In this document: positions 1-9,481 of the stretch, piece by piece
Numbering within the stretch: the first letter of the stretch is position 1
Layout of the letters: the number at the start of each line of letters is the position of its first letter
Assembly: GCA_965277855.1 (NCBI GenBank)
Contig: OZ255847.1
Span: 3,312,557 to 3,376,556, forward strand
DNA length: 64,000 nt
Direction: 5' to 3'
Source: Bryobacteraceae bacterium
GTDB lineage: Bacteria; Acidobacteriota; Terriglobia; Bryobacterales; Bryobacteraceae
Notes under the pieces: model-generated
What the model was told of the DNA's origin: nothing
What the model saw: only the letters and a program-made list of their open reading frames with translations
Database searches by the model: none
Position numbers and translations under genes: made by a program

Positions 1-272
1 ATGCGGCACGCATCGATGGGCAGATCGAAAAGAAGTCCGAGCACTGGCGGCTGGAGCGCATGCCGGTGGTGGATCGCACGATTCTGCGGCTGGCCGTCTA
101 CGAGATGAGCTTGAACGCGATCCCTGCACCGATCGTGATCGATGAAGCTCTGGAACTAGCGCGGCAATTTTCAGGAGACGAGTCGGTTTCGTTCATAAAT
201 GGAGTGCTCGATGCAGTGCGGCGCGAAACCGAAGCGCCGCTGATCGAAACGAAAGCTGCTGCGCCGGAATAG
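1..272 (+). CDS. nusB: transcription antitermination factor NusB, C-terminal part (5' end outside the window)
   Basis: The frame is open from the window edge (reading frame starts at position 3). The translation ...WRLERMPVVDRTILRLAVYEM...IDEALELARQF...SFINGVLDAV matches the conserved NusB C-terminal helices. Confidence 0.8.
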   Translation, partial: AARIDGQIEKKSEHWRLERMPVVDRTILRLAVYEMSLNAIPAPIVIDEALELARQFSGDESVSFINGVLDAVRRETEAPLIETKAAAPE

Positions 273-322
273 CTGTCTGCTGAGCGGTGGGTATACGATA
301 GCCGTGAACAACTCAAACTGTC

Positions 323-1666
323 ATGTCCTTCAACAGCCCACTCAGTCGTCGCGGCGTTCTAAAGTCAGCGGGCACAGCCGCCGCTCTTACCGCTTTGAAA
401 AGCCCTTCGCTTTTTGCCCAGGAAGAAGGCAAAGGCCCCACCACATCGACGGTAGCCGACCGCGAACGACGCATGGCGTGGTGGCACGAAGCCCGCTTCG
501 GCATGTTCATTCACTTCGGCCTTTACAGTGTGCTGGGCCGCCACGAATGGGCCATGGAAGAGGAAGGCATCCCTGTAGCCGAATATCAGCAACTGGCCAA
601 ACAATTCAACCCGAAACCGCACGCCGCACGCGCCTGGGCTAAGCTCGCCAAGCAAGCCGGCATGAAATACATGGTGATGACGACCAAGCATCATGAAGGC
701 TTCTGTAACTTCGATACCAAGCTGACCAATTATTGTGCGCCGAAGCAGGCTGCTGGGCGTGATCTGGTCGCGGAATACTACGAAGCGGCGAGGGGTGAAG
801 GCATGCGCGTGGGCTTTTACTACTCGCTGATGGACTGGCACCATCCCGATGGAGCGAAGTGTGCCCATGATGAATCGGCTCGCCGCCGCTTTGTCGATTA
901 CACGCACGGGCTGGTGCGCGAGCTCTGCACCAACTACGGCAAGCTCGACGTTCTCTGGTACGACGTGGCTTGGCCGCTTTCGCCCGAAGGTTGGGAGTCG
1001 GTGAAGATGAACAAAATGGTACGGCAGCTGCAGCCGGATATTCTGATTAACAATCGCGCCGAAATCCCCGAGGACTTTACGACCCCGGAACAACACATCA
1101 CGGCTACCGCCGAGCCGTGGGAAGCATGCATGACCATGAATGACAGCTGGGGCTATCAGAGAGCGGACGACGATTGGAAAACTCCCAAGACGATTGTTCG
1201 CAACCTAGTCACTTGCGCGCAAGGTTACGGCAATTATTTACTGAACATCGGGCCCAAACCCGACGGATCGATTCCACAGGAGTCGATCGATGCCCTTACC
1301 AGTACCGGCCGCTGGATGGACGCCCATGCCCCACTAATCCATAAAGCAGAGCTCTGTCAGGTGAAAAGTTCAGAGTTTGCCAAGTTCACGCGGACGGGGA
1401 ACAAGCTGTATGTTCACGTGCATTTCTGGCCCGGCAGCACGGTTGCGGTCGGTGGCTTGACGAACAAAGTTCTGTCGGCCAAACTCTATCCCTCCGGTCA
1501 GCCGCTCAAGGTGCATCAGGACGAATTTCGAACGCAATTCATCGGCGCGCCAGCGCACGCTCCGGACGCGCTGGTCAGCGTCATTGAAGTCGAATGCGAT
1601 AGCGAACCGAAACAGAATATGCGAGCTATTCGCGAAAATCGGCCGCGCCTGGAAGTCGGGATCTAA
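323..1666 (+). CDS. alpha-L-fucosidase (GH29-like), secreted
   Basis: 447 aa with an ATG start. It has an N-terminal Tat-like signal (SRRGVLKSAGTAAALTAL). HEARFGMFIHFGLYSV and the MVMTTKHHEGFCNFD core are typical of GH29 fucosidases. Confidence 0.85.
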   Translation: MSFNSPLSRRGVLKSAGTAAALTALKSPSLFAQEEGKGPTTSTVADRERRMAWWHEARFGMFIHFGLYSVLGRHEWAMEEEGIPVAEYQQLAKQFNPKPHAARAWAKLAKQAGMKYMVMTTKHHEGFCNFDTKLTNYCAPKQAAGRDLVAEYYEAARGEGMRVGFYYSLMDWHHPDGAKCAHDESARRRFVDYTHGLVRELCTNYGKLDVLWYDVAWPLSPEGWESVKMNKMVRQLQPDILINNRAEIPEDFTTPEQHITATAEPWEACMTMNDSWGYQRADDDWKTPKTIVRNLVTCAQGYGNYLLNIGPKPDGSIPQESIDALTSTGRWMDAHAPLIHKAELCQVKSSEFAKFTRTGNKLYVHVHFWPGSTVAVGGLTNKVLSAKLYPSGQPLKVHQDEFRTQFIGAPAHAPDALVSVIEVECDSEPKQNMRAIRENRPRLEVGI

Positions 1667-1681
1667 ACTTTCGTCAGGCGG

Positions 1682-4102
1682 TCACGCGACCCGCAGTGAT
1701 AGCGACTCGCTGAGTTGCAAAAAGGCGTTGACCCAGTCCTGCGCTTTGGCGTCACCGCGTGCGGCCCGCCGTTTCGTGCGCTGGTAGAGCGTTCCCTGAA
1801 TCGCATATACATCGTTCTGCACGGACCACAAATTCACTGGGAAGGGCATTGATTTTAGAATCTGCAATGTTTTGCGCAGGTGTTCCAGCTTGTCGAGGTT
1901 AGCGGCATCCAAGCCGAACTGCCGCGCGAGCGACTCTAGTTTGTGGCGCAGTAGGAATTCTAAAGTAGTGGTGTCGAGATTGGTGTTGCTGGCCTGCGCC
2001 TCACGCAGCAGACTGCGGATGCGTTCGCCATCGAGCTCTTCCGCCGAACAGGCGCGGCGCAGCAGGCTGTTGATGGCATACTCAACCGCTGCGGCAAATT
2101 CGCGCGGCATTGGCGTCCCTAGGTTTGAAATGAAGCGCATCAGTGCCGCATGATGTTCATATAACTGCAGGTAGGCAGACTCGGCTTCGGCGATCGTGCT
2201 CGACAGAATAGTGCGGACAATACGACGCTGCTCATCCCGGAAAAGGGAACGCAGTGAGTAGGTCTTTTCGCCAAAGCGACGGTCCAGCAGGCGCACGACT
2301 TCCGGTATATCCACGCGTGCGAACGATTCGCTCAGCGATTCCAGTAAATCCTGGTACAGCGAACCGCCTTCGAATTTCCTCACACCGCCAGCCACATTGT
2401 GGTCGCCAAAATGCACAACCCAGAAGGTGAGCGTCTCGCATTCCTGCGTAATTTTGGAGGTAAAACTGGCCTGCCCCAAAGCCATGCGCATTTTGCCGGC
2501 ATCGCGGGTGTGATAATCAAGCCGCTTCACGGTGTACGAAAAGATATCCGCGCGTTCGCCGTAGGGCGCAAACAGCGAACTGATGGAATAGTGAGCGCCT
2601 ACCTTTTCGAGATCGACGATAGAAGGCTTGACGTAGCGACGATAGATGTCTTCGCCGTTTCCGTATTCGGCGATGTTGCTCTTGGCATGAGCCAACCGCT
2701 CGAGAAATTGTGGCTCGACCGACTCATTAAACAGCTGTTCGGCCAACTGCACCACACGCCCGGCGTACTGGATAACCTGAACCGTCTCAATGCCCGATAG
2801 ATCGTCAAAGAACCAGCCGCAACTGGTATACATGAGCATGGCATGGCGCTGCAACTCCATGAGTTTCCAGACGACTACCTGCTCTTCAGCCGGCAATTCG
2901 CGCGCAAACTGCTCTTTGCCAAAGCGGTTCCGCACGTCTGGACTGCGATCGAGCACGATATCGATGTAGGCATCGCGCGCCGCCCAGGGATCGCGCAGCA
3001 AAGTCGCACCCAGCTTCTCAAAACGCGGGGCAACCCAATCGCGCAGAAAATCGAGTGACTCGCGCAGCGGTCTGCGCCATTCCTGATGCCAGCCTGCCCG
3101 GCCCGAATTGCAACCGCAGTTGCTTCGCCAGCGTTCGACGCCGTGCACGCAACTCCAGGCCGTACGTTCGTAAATCTGAACCTCGTACTGCGGCGGGTTG
3201 AGTTCCAGAAATTCGCCGTAGTTGGTGATGCGTGCGGATTTCTTGCTTTCAATAAAATCGAGTGAATAGGCGAGCGCCATTTCACCATGTTTGTGATGGT
3301 GTCCATAGGTCTCGCCATCGGTTGCGATGTGAACCATCTGCGAACCGGAGCGCGCATCGGAGAATCCGCCGAGCAAACGGGAGGCAAATTTCTCGCCATT
3401 GTCAAGCAGCTTTTCAAACGCGACCGCTTGCGAGATCGGGCCATCGTAAAAAAATAAATTGATGCTCTTGCCGCTCGGCGTGTGGAACACATAGGCGCGT
3501 GTCGGATCGATTTTGGAGCCAGTGACATCGCTCCAGTCACCGCCTTCCACCGGCCGGAATGCCTTGGCCTGATGCGGAGCAAGGATGGTGTAGGTAATGC
3601 CCGCTTGCGCCATCAGGTCGAGGGAGTCGACGTCGACAGCGGTCTCCGACAGCCACATGCCTTCGGGCGGCCGTCCAAAGCGGCTCACAAAGTCCCGATA
3701 GCCCCAAAGAATTTGTGTCCGCTTATCGCGCGTGTTGGCGAGCGGCATGATGATGTGGTTGTAGGCCTGCGCAATGGCCGAACCGTGGCCGGAAAAGTTT
3801 TTGAGACTCTGCCGGTCGGCATCGATTAAACCGCGGTACATGTCGGGCGCATGTTCGGCCGCCCACGAGAGGAGGGTCGGTCCGAAATTGAAGCTGATTT
3901 TCGAGTAATTATTGATGATGTGCGCGATGCGCTGCCGGTCATCCAAAATGCGCGCCGCTAGATTTGGACCGTAACACTCCGCCGAAATCCGCTCATTCCA
4001 ATCGTGGTAAGGGTACGCCGAATCCTGCAGCTCGATTTCTTCGAGCCAGGGATTCTCACGGGGCGGTTGATAGAAGTGGCAGTGGATGCAAAGATATCTC
4101 AT
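1682..4102 (-). CDS. glycoside hydrolase family 57 protein with long C-terminal extension (DUF3536-type)
   Basis: 806 aa. The N-terminus MRYLCIHCHFYQPPRENPW is the canonical GH57 motif. TDGETYGHH is a further GH57 catalytic-region motif. Confidence 0.85.
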   Translation of the reverse strand: MRYLCIHCHFYQPPRENPWLEEIELQDSAYPYHDWNERISAECYGPNLAARILDDRQRIAHIINNYSKISFNFGPTLLSWAAEHAPDMYRGLIDADRQSLKNFSGHGSAIAQAYNHIIMPLANTRDKRTQILWGYRDFVSRFGRPPEGMWLSETAVDVDSLDLMAQAGITYTILAPHQAKAFRPVEGGDWSDVTGSKIDPTRAYVFHTPSGKSINLFFYDGPISQAVAFEKLLDNGEKFASRLLGGFSDARSGSQMVHIATDGETYGHHHKHGEMALAYSLDFIESKKSARITNYGEFLELNPPQYEVQIYERTAWSCVHGVERWRSNCGCNSGRAGWHQEWRRPLRESLDFLRDWVAPRFEKLGATLLRDPWAARDAYIDIVLDRSPDVRNRFGKEQFARELPAEEQVVVWKLMELQRHAMLMYTSCGWFFDDLSGIETVQVIQYAGRVVQLAEQLFNESVEPQFLERLAHAKSNIAEYGNGEDIYRRYVKPSIVDLEKVGAHYSISSLFAPYGERADIFSYTVKRLDYHTRDAGKMRMALGQASFTSKITQECETLTFWVVHFGDHNVAGGVRKFEGGSLYQDLLESLSESFARVDIPEVVRLLDRRFGEKTYSLRSLFRDEQRRIVRTILSSTIAEAESAYLQLYEHHAALMRFISNLGTPMPREFAAAVEYAINSLLRRACSAEELDGERIRSLLREAQASNTNLDTTTLEFLLRHKLESLARQFGLDAANLDKLEHLRKTLQILKSMPFPVNLWSVQNDVYAIQGTLYQRTKRRAARGDAKAQDWVNAFLQLSESLSLRVA

Positions 4103-4172
4103 TCGTTAGGATTGCCCGGCAAGAAGCCTGCTTCAGCCCCATCGTGAGCGTGTTCGCGGAGGCTTGATCTTC

Positions 4173-4811
4173 TCACGTTTCCGGAATAAATATCGTGAAA
4201 ACTGCTCCGCTACCCCGTTCCCGGTTGGCGGCGCCCACGCGGCCGGAATATCTCTTAACGATAGAAGCAACGATGTGGAGACCCAGACCGGAGCGAACTT
4301 TGCTGTCGGTCTTGGTGGACACGTTAGGGCGAAAGAGACGTGGCAGAAGATCTTCCTGAATCCCGGGGCCATTGTCGGAAACAATAATAGAGAGACCGCC
4401 GTCGTTGCGCAAGGTTTCGATTTCGATACGGCCGGGGCGGTGCATAATTTCGACTGTATTCAGGAACAGATTGGCAAATACACGCTCCCAATCTTTAGAC
4501 GAGCCGGGGAGACGCGCTTCAGCGGGAATGCGTCTCACCCAGCGCATGCGAGGTTTGCGCGCCGCCTGACAATAATCGGTGACGGATTGGATCGCATCGT
4601 CAACAATGGAAGCGAGACTCGGTGTGCCATCTGGAATTGAGCCGAGAAGGCGTTTGCCCCGCTTCACGCTGCGCGTGAGGGTAGCGGCCAGAGGCTTCCA
4701 GTGCTTGTCGGAGCTGAGCAGTTCGGCAGCCTCGGTGATCGTCTCGAACACGTTATTCAGGTCGTGAATCAAACTTTCGTAGCTAAGATCGGATTCCGAG
4801 TTATCGTCCAT
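4173..4811 (-). CDS. small soluble sensor histidine kinase (kinase core only)
   Basis: 212 aa. It has an H-box LIHDLNNVFE and a HATPase_c region (VSDNGPGI, GLGLHIV). No TM segment or sensor domain is present. It lies 10 nt downstream of aroA on the same strand. Confidence 0.7.
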   Translation of the reverse strand: MDDNSESDLSYESLIHDLNNVFETITEAAELLSSDKHWKPLAATLTRSVKRGKRLLGSIPDGTPSLASIVDDAIQSVTDYCQAARKPRMRWVRRIPAEARLPGSSKDWERVFANLFLNTVEIMHRPGRIEIETLRNDGGLSIIVSDNGPGIQEDLLPRLFRPNVSTKTDSKVRSGLGLHIVASIVKRYSGRVGAANRERGSGAVFTIFIPET

Positions 4812-4820
4812 GGCTCACGC

Positions 4821-6113
4821 CTATTGCGTAATGCTGCGAAGCGTCGAATAGAATTCCGGGAATGAAACGGATGCGGCCTCGGCATCGTGGATCACGCACG
4901 GTCCATCAGCCAGCAGAGCGGCAATCGAAAATGCCATGGCAATGCGGTGATCGCCGCGGGAATGAATTTCAGCCGCCCGGAATTTTTGACGGCCTGGAAT
5001 CTTTATGGTGTCGGGCGAGGTTTCTACTTCGATTTGCATGGCGCGCAGGTTTTCCGCAATTGTTTCGATACGGTCGGTTTCTTTGACGCGCAGTTCTCCA
5101 GCTTCGCGCACGATCAATCCATTCTGACTGACTGCGCCGAGAATCGCCAGGATGGGAATTTCGTCGATCAGAGCGGCGGTGGCAGCGCCTTCAATCACGC
5201 CGCCCATAATGCGCGAGCCTCTCACCTGCAGGTTGCCGATGAGTTCGCCATTGAGTTGTTCGATGTGGAGAATTTTCATCTGTGCGCCCATGCCGCCCAG
5301 GACGTCGAGGAGTGCGGTGCGGGTAGGATTGAGGCCGACACCAGTAACGATGAAGTCGGAATCAGGCAGCAGCAGGGCAGCGACCAGAAAGAAAGCGGCA
5401 CCCGAGATATCTCCCGGGACAACTAAGGTTTTCGCGGAGAGAGAAGCGGGACCGCGCAGCCGGACGAGGCGCGGTTCGATAGAGAGATCTGCGCCCAACT
5501 CGCGCAGTGCGATCTCGGTGTGATCGCGCGTCGCGATCGATTCTTTGACACTCGTTTCTCCGTCAGCATAGAGACCCGCGAGCAGGACACAGCTTTTTAC
5601 CTGGGCGCTGGCTACGGACGGTTCATAAGCAATGGGACGAAGAGCGGCGCCGTGAATGGTGAGCGGCGGATATTGACCGTCGCGTGCTTCCAGGCGAGCG
5701 CCCATTTCGGCAAGCGGCTTTATCACTCGGCGCATCGGGCGATTCACCAACGATTCGTCACCTGTAACGGTGGTAGTGAATGGTTGGGCTGCTAGAATGC
5801 CCGATAACATTCGTATCGTAGAGCCGGAATTACCGGCATCGAGCACGTCTTTGGGCGGCCGCAAGCCACGTACGCCCTTGCCATGCACAGTGAGAATCTG
5901 CCGGTCATCGTCCTTGGTAAATTCGTGCGCAATGCCCAGCGCACCCATGCAGGCCAGAGTGGACTGGCAATCCGCGCCGGTCGAATAGTTATAGATTTTC
6001 GAATCGCCTTCGGCGATAGCCGTCAGCATAGCGTAACGGTGTGAAATCGATTTATCACCGGGAACAGAAGCGAAGCCGTGGATCGCCCGCGCCGGCGATA
6101 TTTGTTCTGTCAT
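4821..6113 (-). CDS. aroA: 3-phosphoshikimate 1-carboxyvinyltransferase (EPSP synthase)
   Basis: Motifs: PGDKSISHRYAML, LDAGNSGSTIRML, RVKETDRI, RGDHRIAMAF. I prefer the ATG at 6113 (MTEQISPARAIHG...). The ORF-track start at 6224 adds 37 non-conserved residues. Confidence 0.95.
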   Translation of the reverse strand: MTEQISPARAIHGFASVPGDKSISHRYAMLTAIAEGDSKIYNYSTGADCQSTLACMGALGIAHEFTKDDDRQILTVHGKGVRGLRPPKDVLDAGNSGSTIRMLSGILAAQPFTTTVTGDESLVNRPMRRVIKPLAEMGARLEARDGQYPPLTIHGAALRPIAYEPSVASAQVKSCVLLAGLYADGETSVKESIATRDHTEIALRELGADLSIEPRLVRLRGPASLSAKTLVVPGDISGAAFFLVAALLLPDSDFIVTGVGLNPTRTALLDVLGGMGAQMKILHIEQLNGELIGNLQVRGSRIMGGVIEGAATAALIDEIPILAILGAVSQNGLIVREAGELRVKETDRIETIAENLRAMQIEVETSPDTIKIPGRQKFRAAEIHSRGDHRIAMAFSIAALLADGPCVIHDAEAASVSFPEFYSTLRSITQ

Positions 6114-6345
6114 CGGAACTCGTATTGTACGACCGAAACAAAATCTCGTCTGTACGAGTGGCTCATCCGGCAGGGCGATTGATGCGTACCGCGACTGTGT
6201 AACCAATCCGCCAAGATTCAACACACGGGTGCGGTGGCTATGAGCGATTGCGGGTTTGCCCTCAATTATGGCGGGTTTCCGGCGGGCTTTCGGGCCAAGG
6301 CCCTTCTTTAGGACCGGTCTGCTGTTTCTTCATGAAGTTTGACTT

Positions 6346-6366
6346 GTATACGGAGATTCCGTATAC
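6346..6366. promoter_or_regulatory. perfect 9-bp inverted repeat (gtatacgga-gat-tccgtatac), putative toxin-antitoxin operator
   Basis: Read directly from the sequence. It ends 10 nt upstream of the TTG start of the higB-like toxin gene. Confidence 0.4.
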
Positions 6367-6375
6367 TTTAGCTGT

Positions 6376-6708
6376 TTGAAGTTGCCAACGCTCGTAAGCA
6401 ATGACCGCTTTGACGCGAAAGCGGAAAAGCTGCTGACGGTCGACCAGCGTGACGACTTCGAATTTGCACTGGCCGCCGCACCGGAAGCCCACCCGGTCGT
6501 TCCGGGCCTGAACGGGGTGCGGAAAGCGCGCTTTGGAGCGCAATCACGCGGCAAGCGGGGCAGTGTCCGAGTGATCTACTTCTATGCGATCAGCCGGGAG
6601 GTTGTGTATCTGCTCGGCATCTATGCCAAAAATGAACGAGAGGACCTGACCAATGACCAAAAAAAAGCCATCAACAAAGCCGTCGAAGAGCTCAAAGCCG
6701 CTTTCTAA
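6376..6708 (+). CDS. RelE/HigB-like type II toxin (toxin-first module)
   Basis: 110 aa with a TTG start. GVRKARFGAQSRGKRGSVRVIYFYAISREVVYLLGIYAKNEREDL is the typical pattern of RelE/ParE-superfamily addiction-module killer proteins. It is followed by an overlapping HTH antitoxin gene. Confidence 0.7.
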   Translation: MKLPTLVSNDRFDAKAEKLLTVDQRDDFEFALAAAPEAHPVVPGLNGVRKARFGAQSRGKRGSVRVIYFYAISREVVYLLGIYAKNEREDLTNDQKKAINKAVEELKAAF

Positions 6709-7000
6709 ATCGACGTTTGGCGACGATATACTCTATGGTTTAAACCAAGCTATCGCGCATCAGCGCGGCAAGATCAAGCTGCGTACACGCCAGATTTATG
6801 TTCCTGACGCTGATGTGTCGGCCGTGCGTAAGAACACGGGCCTGTCACAAGCGGATTTCGCCGCTCGGTATGGCTTTAACCCGCGCACGCTGCAGGACTG
6901 GGAGCAAGGCCGGACGAAGCCGGACACGGCCGTGCTTGCTTACCTTCAAGTGATCGCGCGGAACCCGGAAGCCGTTGAAGCCGCCTTGAAAGCGTCTTAG
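6653..7000 (+). CDS. XRE-family HTH antitoxin (HigA/NadS-like)
   Basis: 115 aa. VRKNTGLSQADFAARYGFNPRTLQDWEQGRTKPDTAVLAYLQVI is the HTH plus WEQGRR-type motif of this antitoxin family. It overlaps the toxin 3' end by 56 nt. Confidence 0.75.
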   Translation: MTKKKPSTKPSKSSKPLSKSTFGDDILYGLNQAIAHQRGKIKLRTRQIYVPDADVSAVRKNTGLSQADFAARYGFNPRTLQDWEQGRTKPDTAVLAYLQVIARNPEAVEAALKAS

Positions 7001-7082
7001 GCGGCGAGCCGTCCTGTCTTCAGTTTTCCTCACGCGCATATTCCCCTATTCGGGGAAGCGCGTCGGTTTGAATTGCGTATGA

Positions 7083-8426
7083 TCACCGATTTCCCGCCGG
7101 ATGACAAACCATCTCCAAGCCGAGCGCATCGCGGCGCTGAAAGCCTTTCCAGAATGCATTGCCGTCTTTATCTTTTCCGGTGCTGTACGTACCCGCATCT
7201 TTTTCGCCGTCCGGCACGATCCATTTGCCGTCATTCGAACGTTCAGGAAGGACGTGCAGATACGACGACTTGCTTTGGTCACCTTTGAGATACAGGTCCA
7301 GGAAAGCAGTAATGAAATGCTGGTTGATGGAAGTAATACGGTCCTTACGCCACGCGGGCTCATCGAAAGCTTGCAGCAGAGGGTAAGGAAGCGACACTCC
7401 CGCAGGAGCCGGATTCCCGCCCGTGTTATGCAGTGCATTCTCATAAACGAGCAGGCATCGTTCCGAGTTAACCGCTTTGTCAAACGCAGGCTTGATGCCG
7501 TGCGCGAAATCCGCAATGTCGTCGTGATCGCCGGCGATAAAAAGAGACGGGATATGAATGTCTGCCAGCCCCGCCGCATCCCAGGCGCTAAACGGCGGCT
7601 GTCCGCCCCAGGGAGCAATCGCCACAATGGCCTTCAGGCGGCTACGATCGTGCGCTTGAAACTTGGGGGTGGCGGCTTGCCAGTTTGCGAGATAACCGCC
7701 CGGCACGAATTTCATCAACATGCTCGAAGCGCTGTATCCCGCGCCTGCGCTGGCCAAAGCACCGTAACCACCCATGGAGTAGCCAATGAGCGCAACGCGT
7801 CCGGCATCCAGAATTCCGTGCAGAAAATGTCCCGGTTCATTAGCCAGTTGCGCAAGAGAGTCGATGGTGAACAGCTGGTCGTTTGAGCGATTGAGCAGCG
7901 TGCTGGGAAATGCCTGCATGTCGTCGAAAACCGAATCGGTGTGATCGATCGCGGCTGCCACATAACCCTTCGACGCGAGATTTGCACCAAGATATGTCAT
8001 GAAGTAACGCGAACCCGGATAGCCGTGCGAAATGATGACAAGCGGAAAGGACGCCCCCTGCGACGGCGGTGCGTCACGCAGGGCCTTGTCGGGAATGTCG
8101 AAGCTTGACAGGCTACCCAGAGCGCGGCCGCCGGGAATGGGCATGTGATAAACAGTCTCTTCGCTCTGCCCCGCAGGAATGACAGCCGGATACCAGACTT
8201 CTACCGTTAGCGGGCGATCATAGAGTGGCGCCTTGCCCGTTTGTTTGTGGAAGTGCAGGATATCGATTTGGCTGTGATGCACCAGGTGCAGCGTGCGTAC
8301 GCCCACCGGGAGCTTTCCACGAGCGGCCAGTTCCGGCGCATCGGCGGCGGGCACACTAATGTAGCTGGCTGATTGCGCGTTCGCCGCCATCGCGAACGCA
8401 ATCGATAAGACGAGTACACGAAACAC
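7083..8426 (-). CDS. secreted alpha/beta hydrolase (dienelactone hydrolase / PAF-acetylhydrolase-like)
   Basis: 447 aa. Signal peptide MFRVLVLSIAFAMAANAQ. Nucleophile elbow GYSMGGYG. The downstream acid and His regions are plausible (IAGDHDD, ALHN). Confidence 0.7.
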   Translation of the reverse strand: MFRVLVLSIAFAMAANAQSASYISVPAADAPELAARGKLPVGVRTLHLVHHSQIDILHFHKQTGKAPLYDRPLTVEVWYPAVIPAGQSEETVYHMPIPGGRALGSLSSFDIPDKALRDAPPSQGASFPLVIISHGYPGSRYFMTYLGANLASKGYVAAAIDHTDSVFDDMQAFPSTLLNRSNDQLFTIDSLAQLANEPGHFLHGILDAGRVALIGYSMGGYGALASAGAGYSASSMLMKFVPGGYLANWQAATPKFQAHDRSRLKAIVAIAPWGGQPPFSAWDAAGLADIHIPSLFIAGDHDDIADFAHGIKPAFDKAVNSERCLLVYENALHNTGGNPAPAGVSLPYPLLQAFDEPAWRKDRITSINQHFITAFLDLYLKGDQSKSSYLHVLPERSNDGKWIVPDGEKDAGTYSTGKDKDGNAFWKGFQRRDALGLEMVCHPAGNR

Positions 8427-8470
8427 AGAAACATAGTGTCACGAACATTTTGTAAAGCAGTAATCTGGTC

Positions 8471-9436
8471 GTGGAGTCTTTTGACGTGAACCGAAGAGAT
8501 TTTGCCCGTTTGAGTATTGCCGCGAGTGTTGTTGGCGCGTCCGCGTGGCGAGCTTTTGCCGACACATACGACTATCCCTGGAAGCTCGGCATCATCACCG
8601 ATGAGGTCGATGCCGATTTGAGCCACGTGTTGGGCAGTTTTTATCCAAAATATGGGCTGAAATGGGCGGAGGTCCGCAACCTGAAGCTCGACGGCAAGAG
8701 CAAATATGCTTACATGAGCGCTACGCCTGCGCAGCTAAAAGAGACCAGGAAGATGCTTGATGATGCCGGCGTCAAAATGTCGGTGCTGGACACGGCCGTT
8801 TACAAAATTACCTTGCCTGGTACGAAGTCGATCGGTGAACATGAATCGACCGAGCTGAATCCATCCGAGGGCGACTACGCGCGGCAGCTTGACGATCTCA
8901 AGCGCGCGGCCGATGCGGCGCATATTCTCGGGACCGATCGTTTACGGATTTTCACGTTTAAGCGGGTAGCCGATCCGAATGCCATCTTTGACCGCATCGT
9001 AGAGGACGTGCACAAAGCCATTGCGGTCGCCAAACAGCAAGACGTGCAGCTGCTGGTTGAGAACGAATTCAGCTGCAATACGGCGGATGGGGCGGAATCC
9101 GCCAAGCTGTTCAAGGCTATTCCCGATCGAACATTAATGCACCTTTGGGATTCCGGCAACTGCTATGAAGCGGGCGAGCAGCCTTTTCCAAAAGCTTGGG
9201 ATCAACTCGACCACAGCCGGATCGGCCATCTCCACCTCAAAGATGCGGCCGGTAAAGGATGGCGGCCAATCGGAGGCGGCGAAATCGATTTCGTCGGTCA
9301 ATTCAATGCACTGAAGAAAATGAAGTACGCCGGTACGATGTCGCTCGAAACGCATTATCGAAACGCCGAGCACAATATCTACACATCGAGCGTGGAATCC
9401 ATGAACGGCCTGGTCACCGTGTTGAAAAAAGTATGA
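8471..9436 (+). CDS. sugar phosphate isomerase/epimerase (xylose-isomerase-like TIM barrel), Tat-exported
   Basis: 321 aa with a GTG start. It has a Tat motif (NRRDFARLSIAASVVGA). The LRIFTF...LLVENEF...HLHLKD pattern is typical of AP-endonuclease-2/xylose isomerase-like TIM barrels. Confidence 0.7.
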   Translation: MESFDVNRRDFARLSIAASVVGASAWRAFADTYDYPWKLGIITDEVDADLSHVLGSFYPKYGLKWAEVRNLKLDGKSKYAYMSATPAQLKETRKMLDDAGVKMSVLDTAVYKITLPGTKSIGEHESTELNPSEGDYARQLDDLKRAADAAHILGTDRLRIFTFKRVADPNAIFDRIVEDVHKAIAVAKQQDVQLLVENEFSCNTADGAESAKLFKAIPDRTLMHLWDSGNCYEAGEQPFPKAWDQLDHSRIGHLHLKDAAGKGWRPIGGGEIDFVGQFNALKKMKYAGTMSLETHYRNAEHNIYTSSVESMNGLVTVLKKV

Positions 9437-9481
9437 CCGAAGGGGAGTAATCTGTTAGTGGACGTTCGCTCAGGAGGAACC

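Noticed and set aside
365-1096. 243-aa ORF antisense to the fucosidase gene. Similar antisense ORFs occur inside other genes, for example 7101..7886, 2875..3582, 21446..22129, 45212..45916 and 59734..60471.
   Set aside because: Each lies entirely within a confidently identified gene on the other strand, and the translations lack recognisable motifs.
6262-6554. Minus-strand ORFs 6262..6543 and 6330..6554 opposite the higB-like gene
   Set aside because: They are antisense to a toxin gene with a clear family signature and have no motifs of their own.
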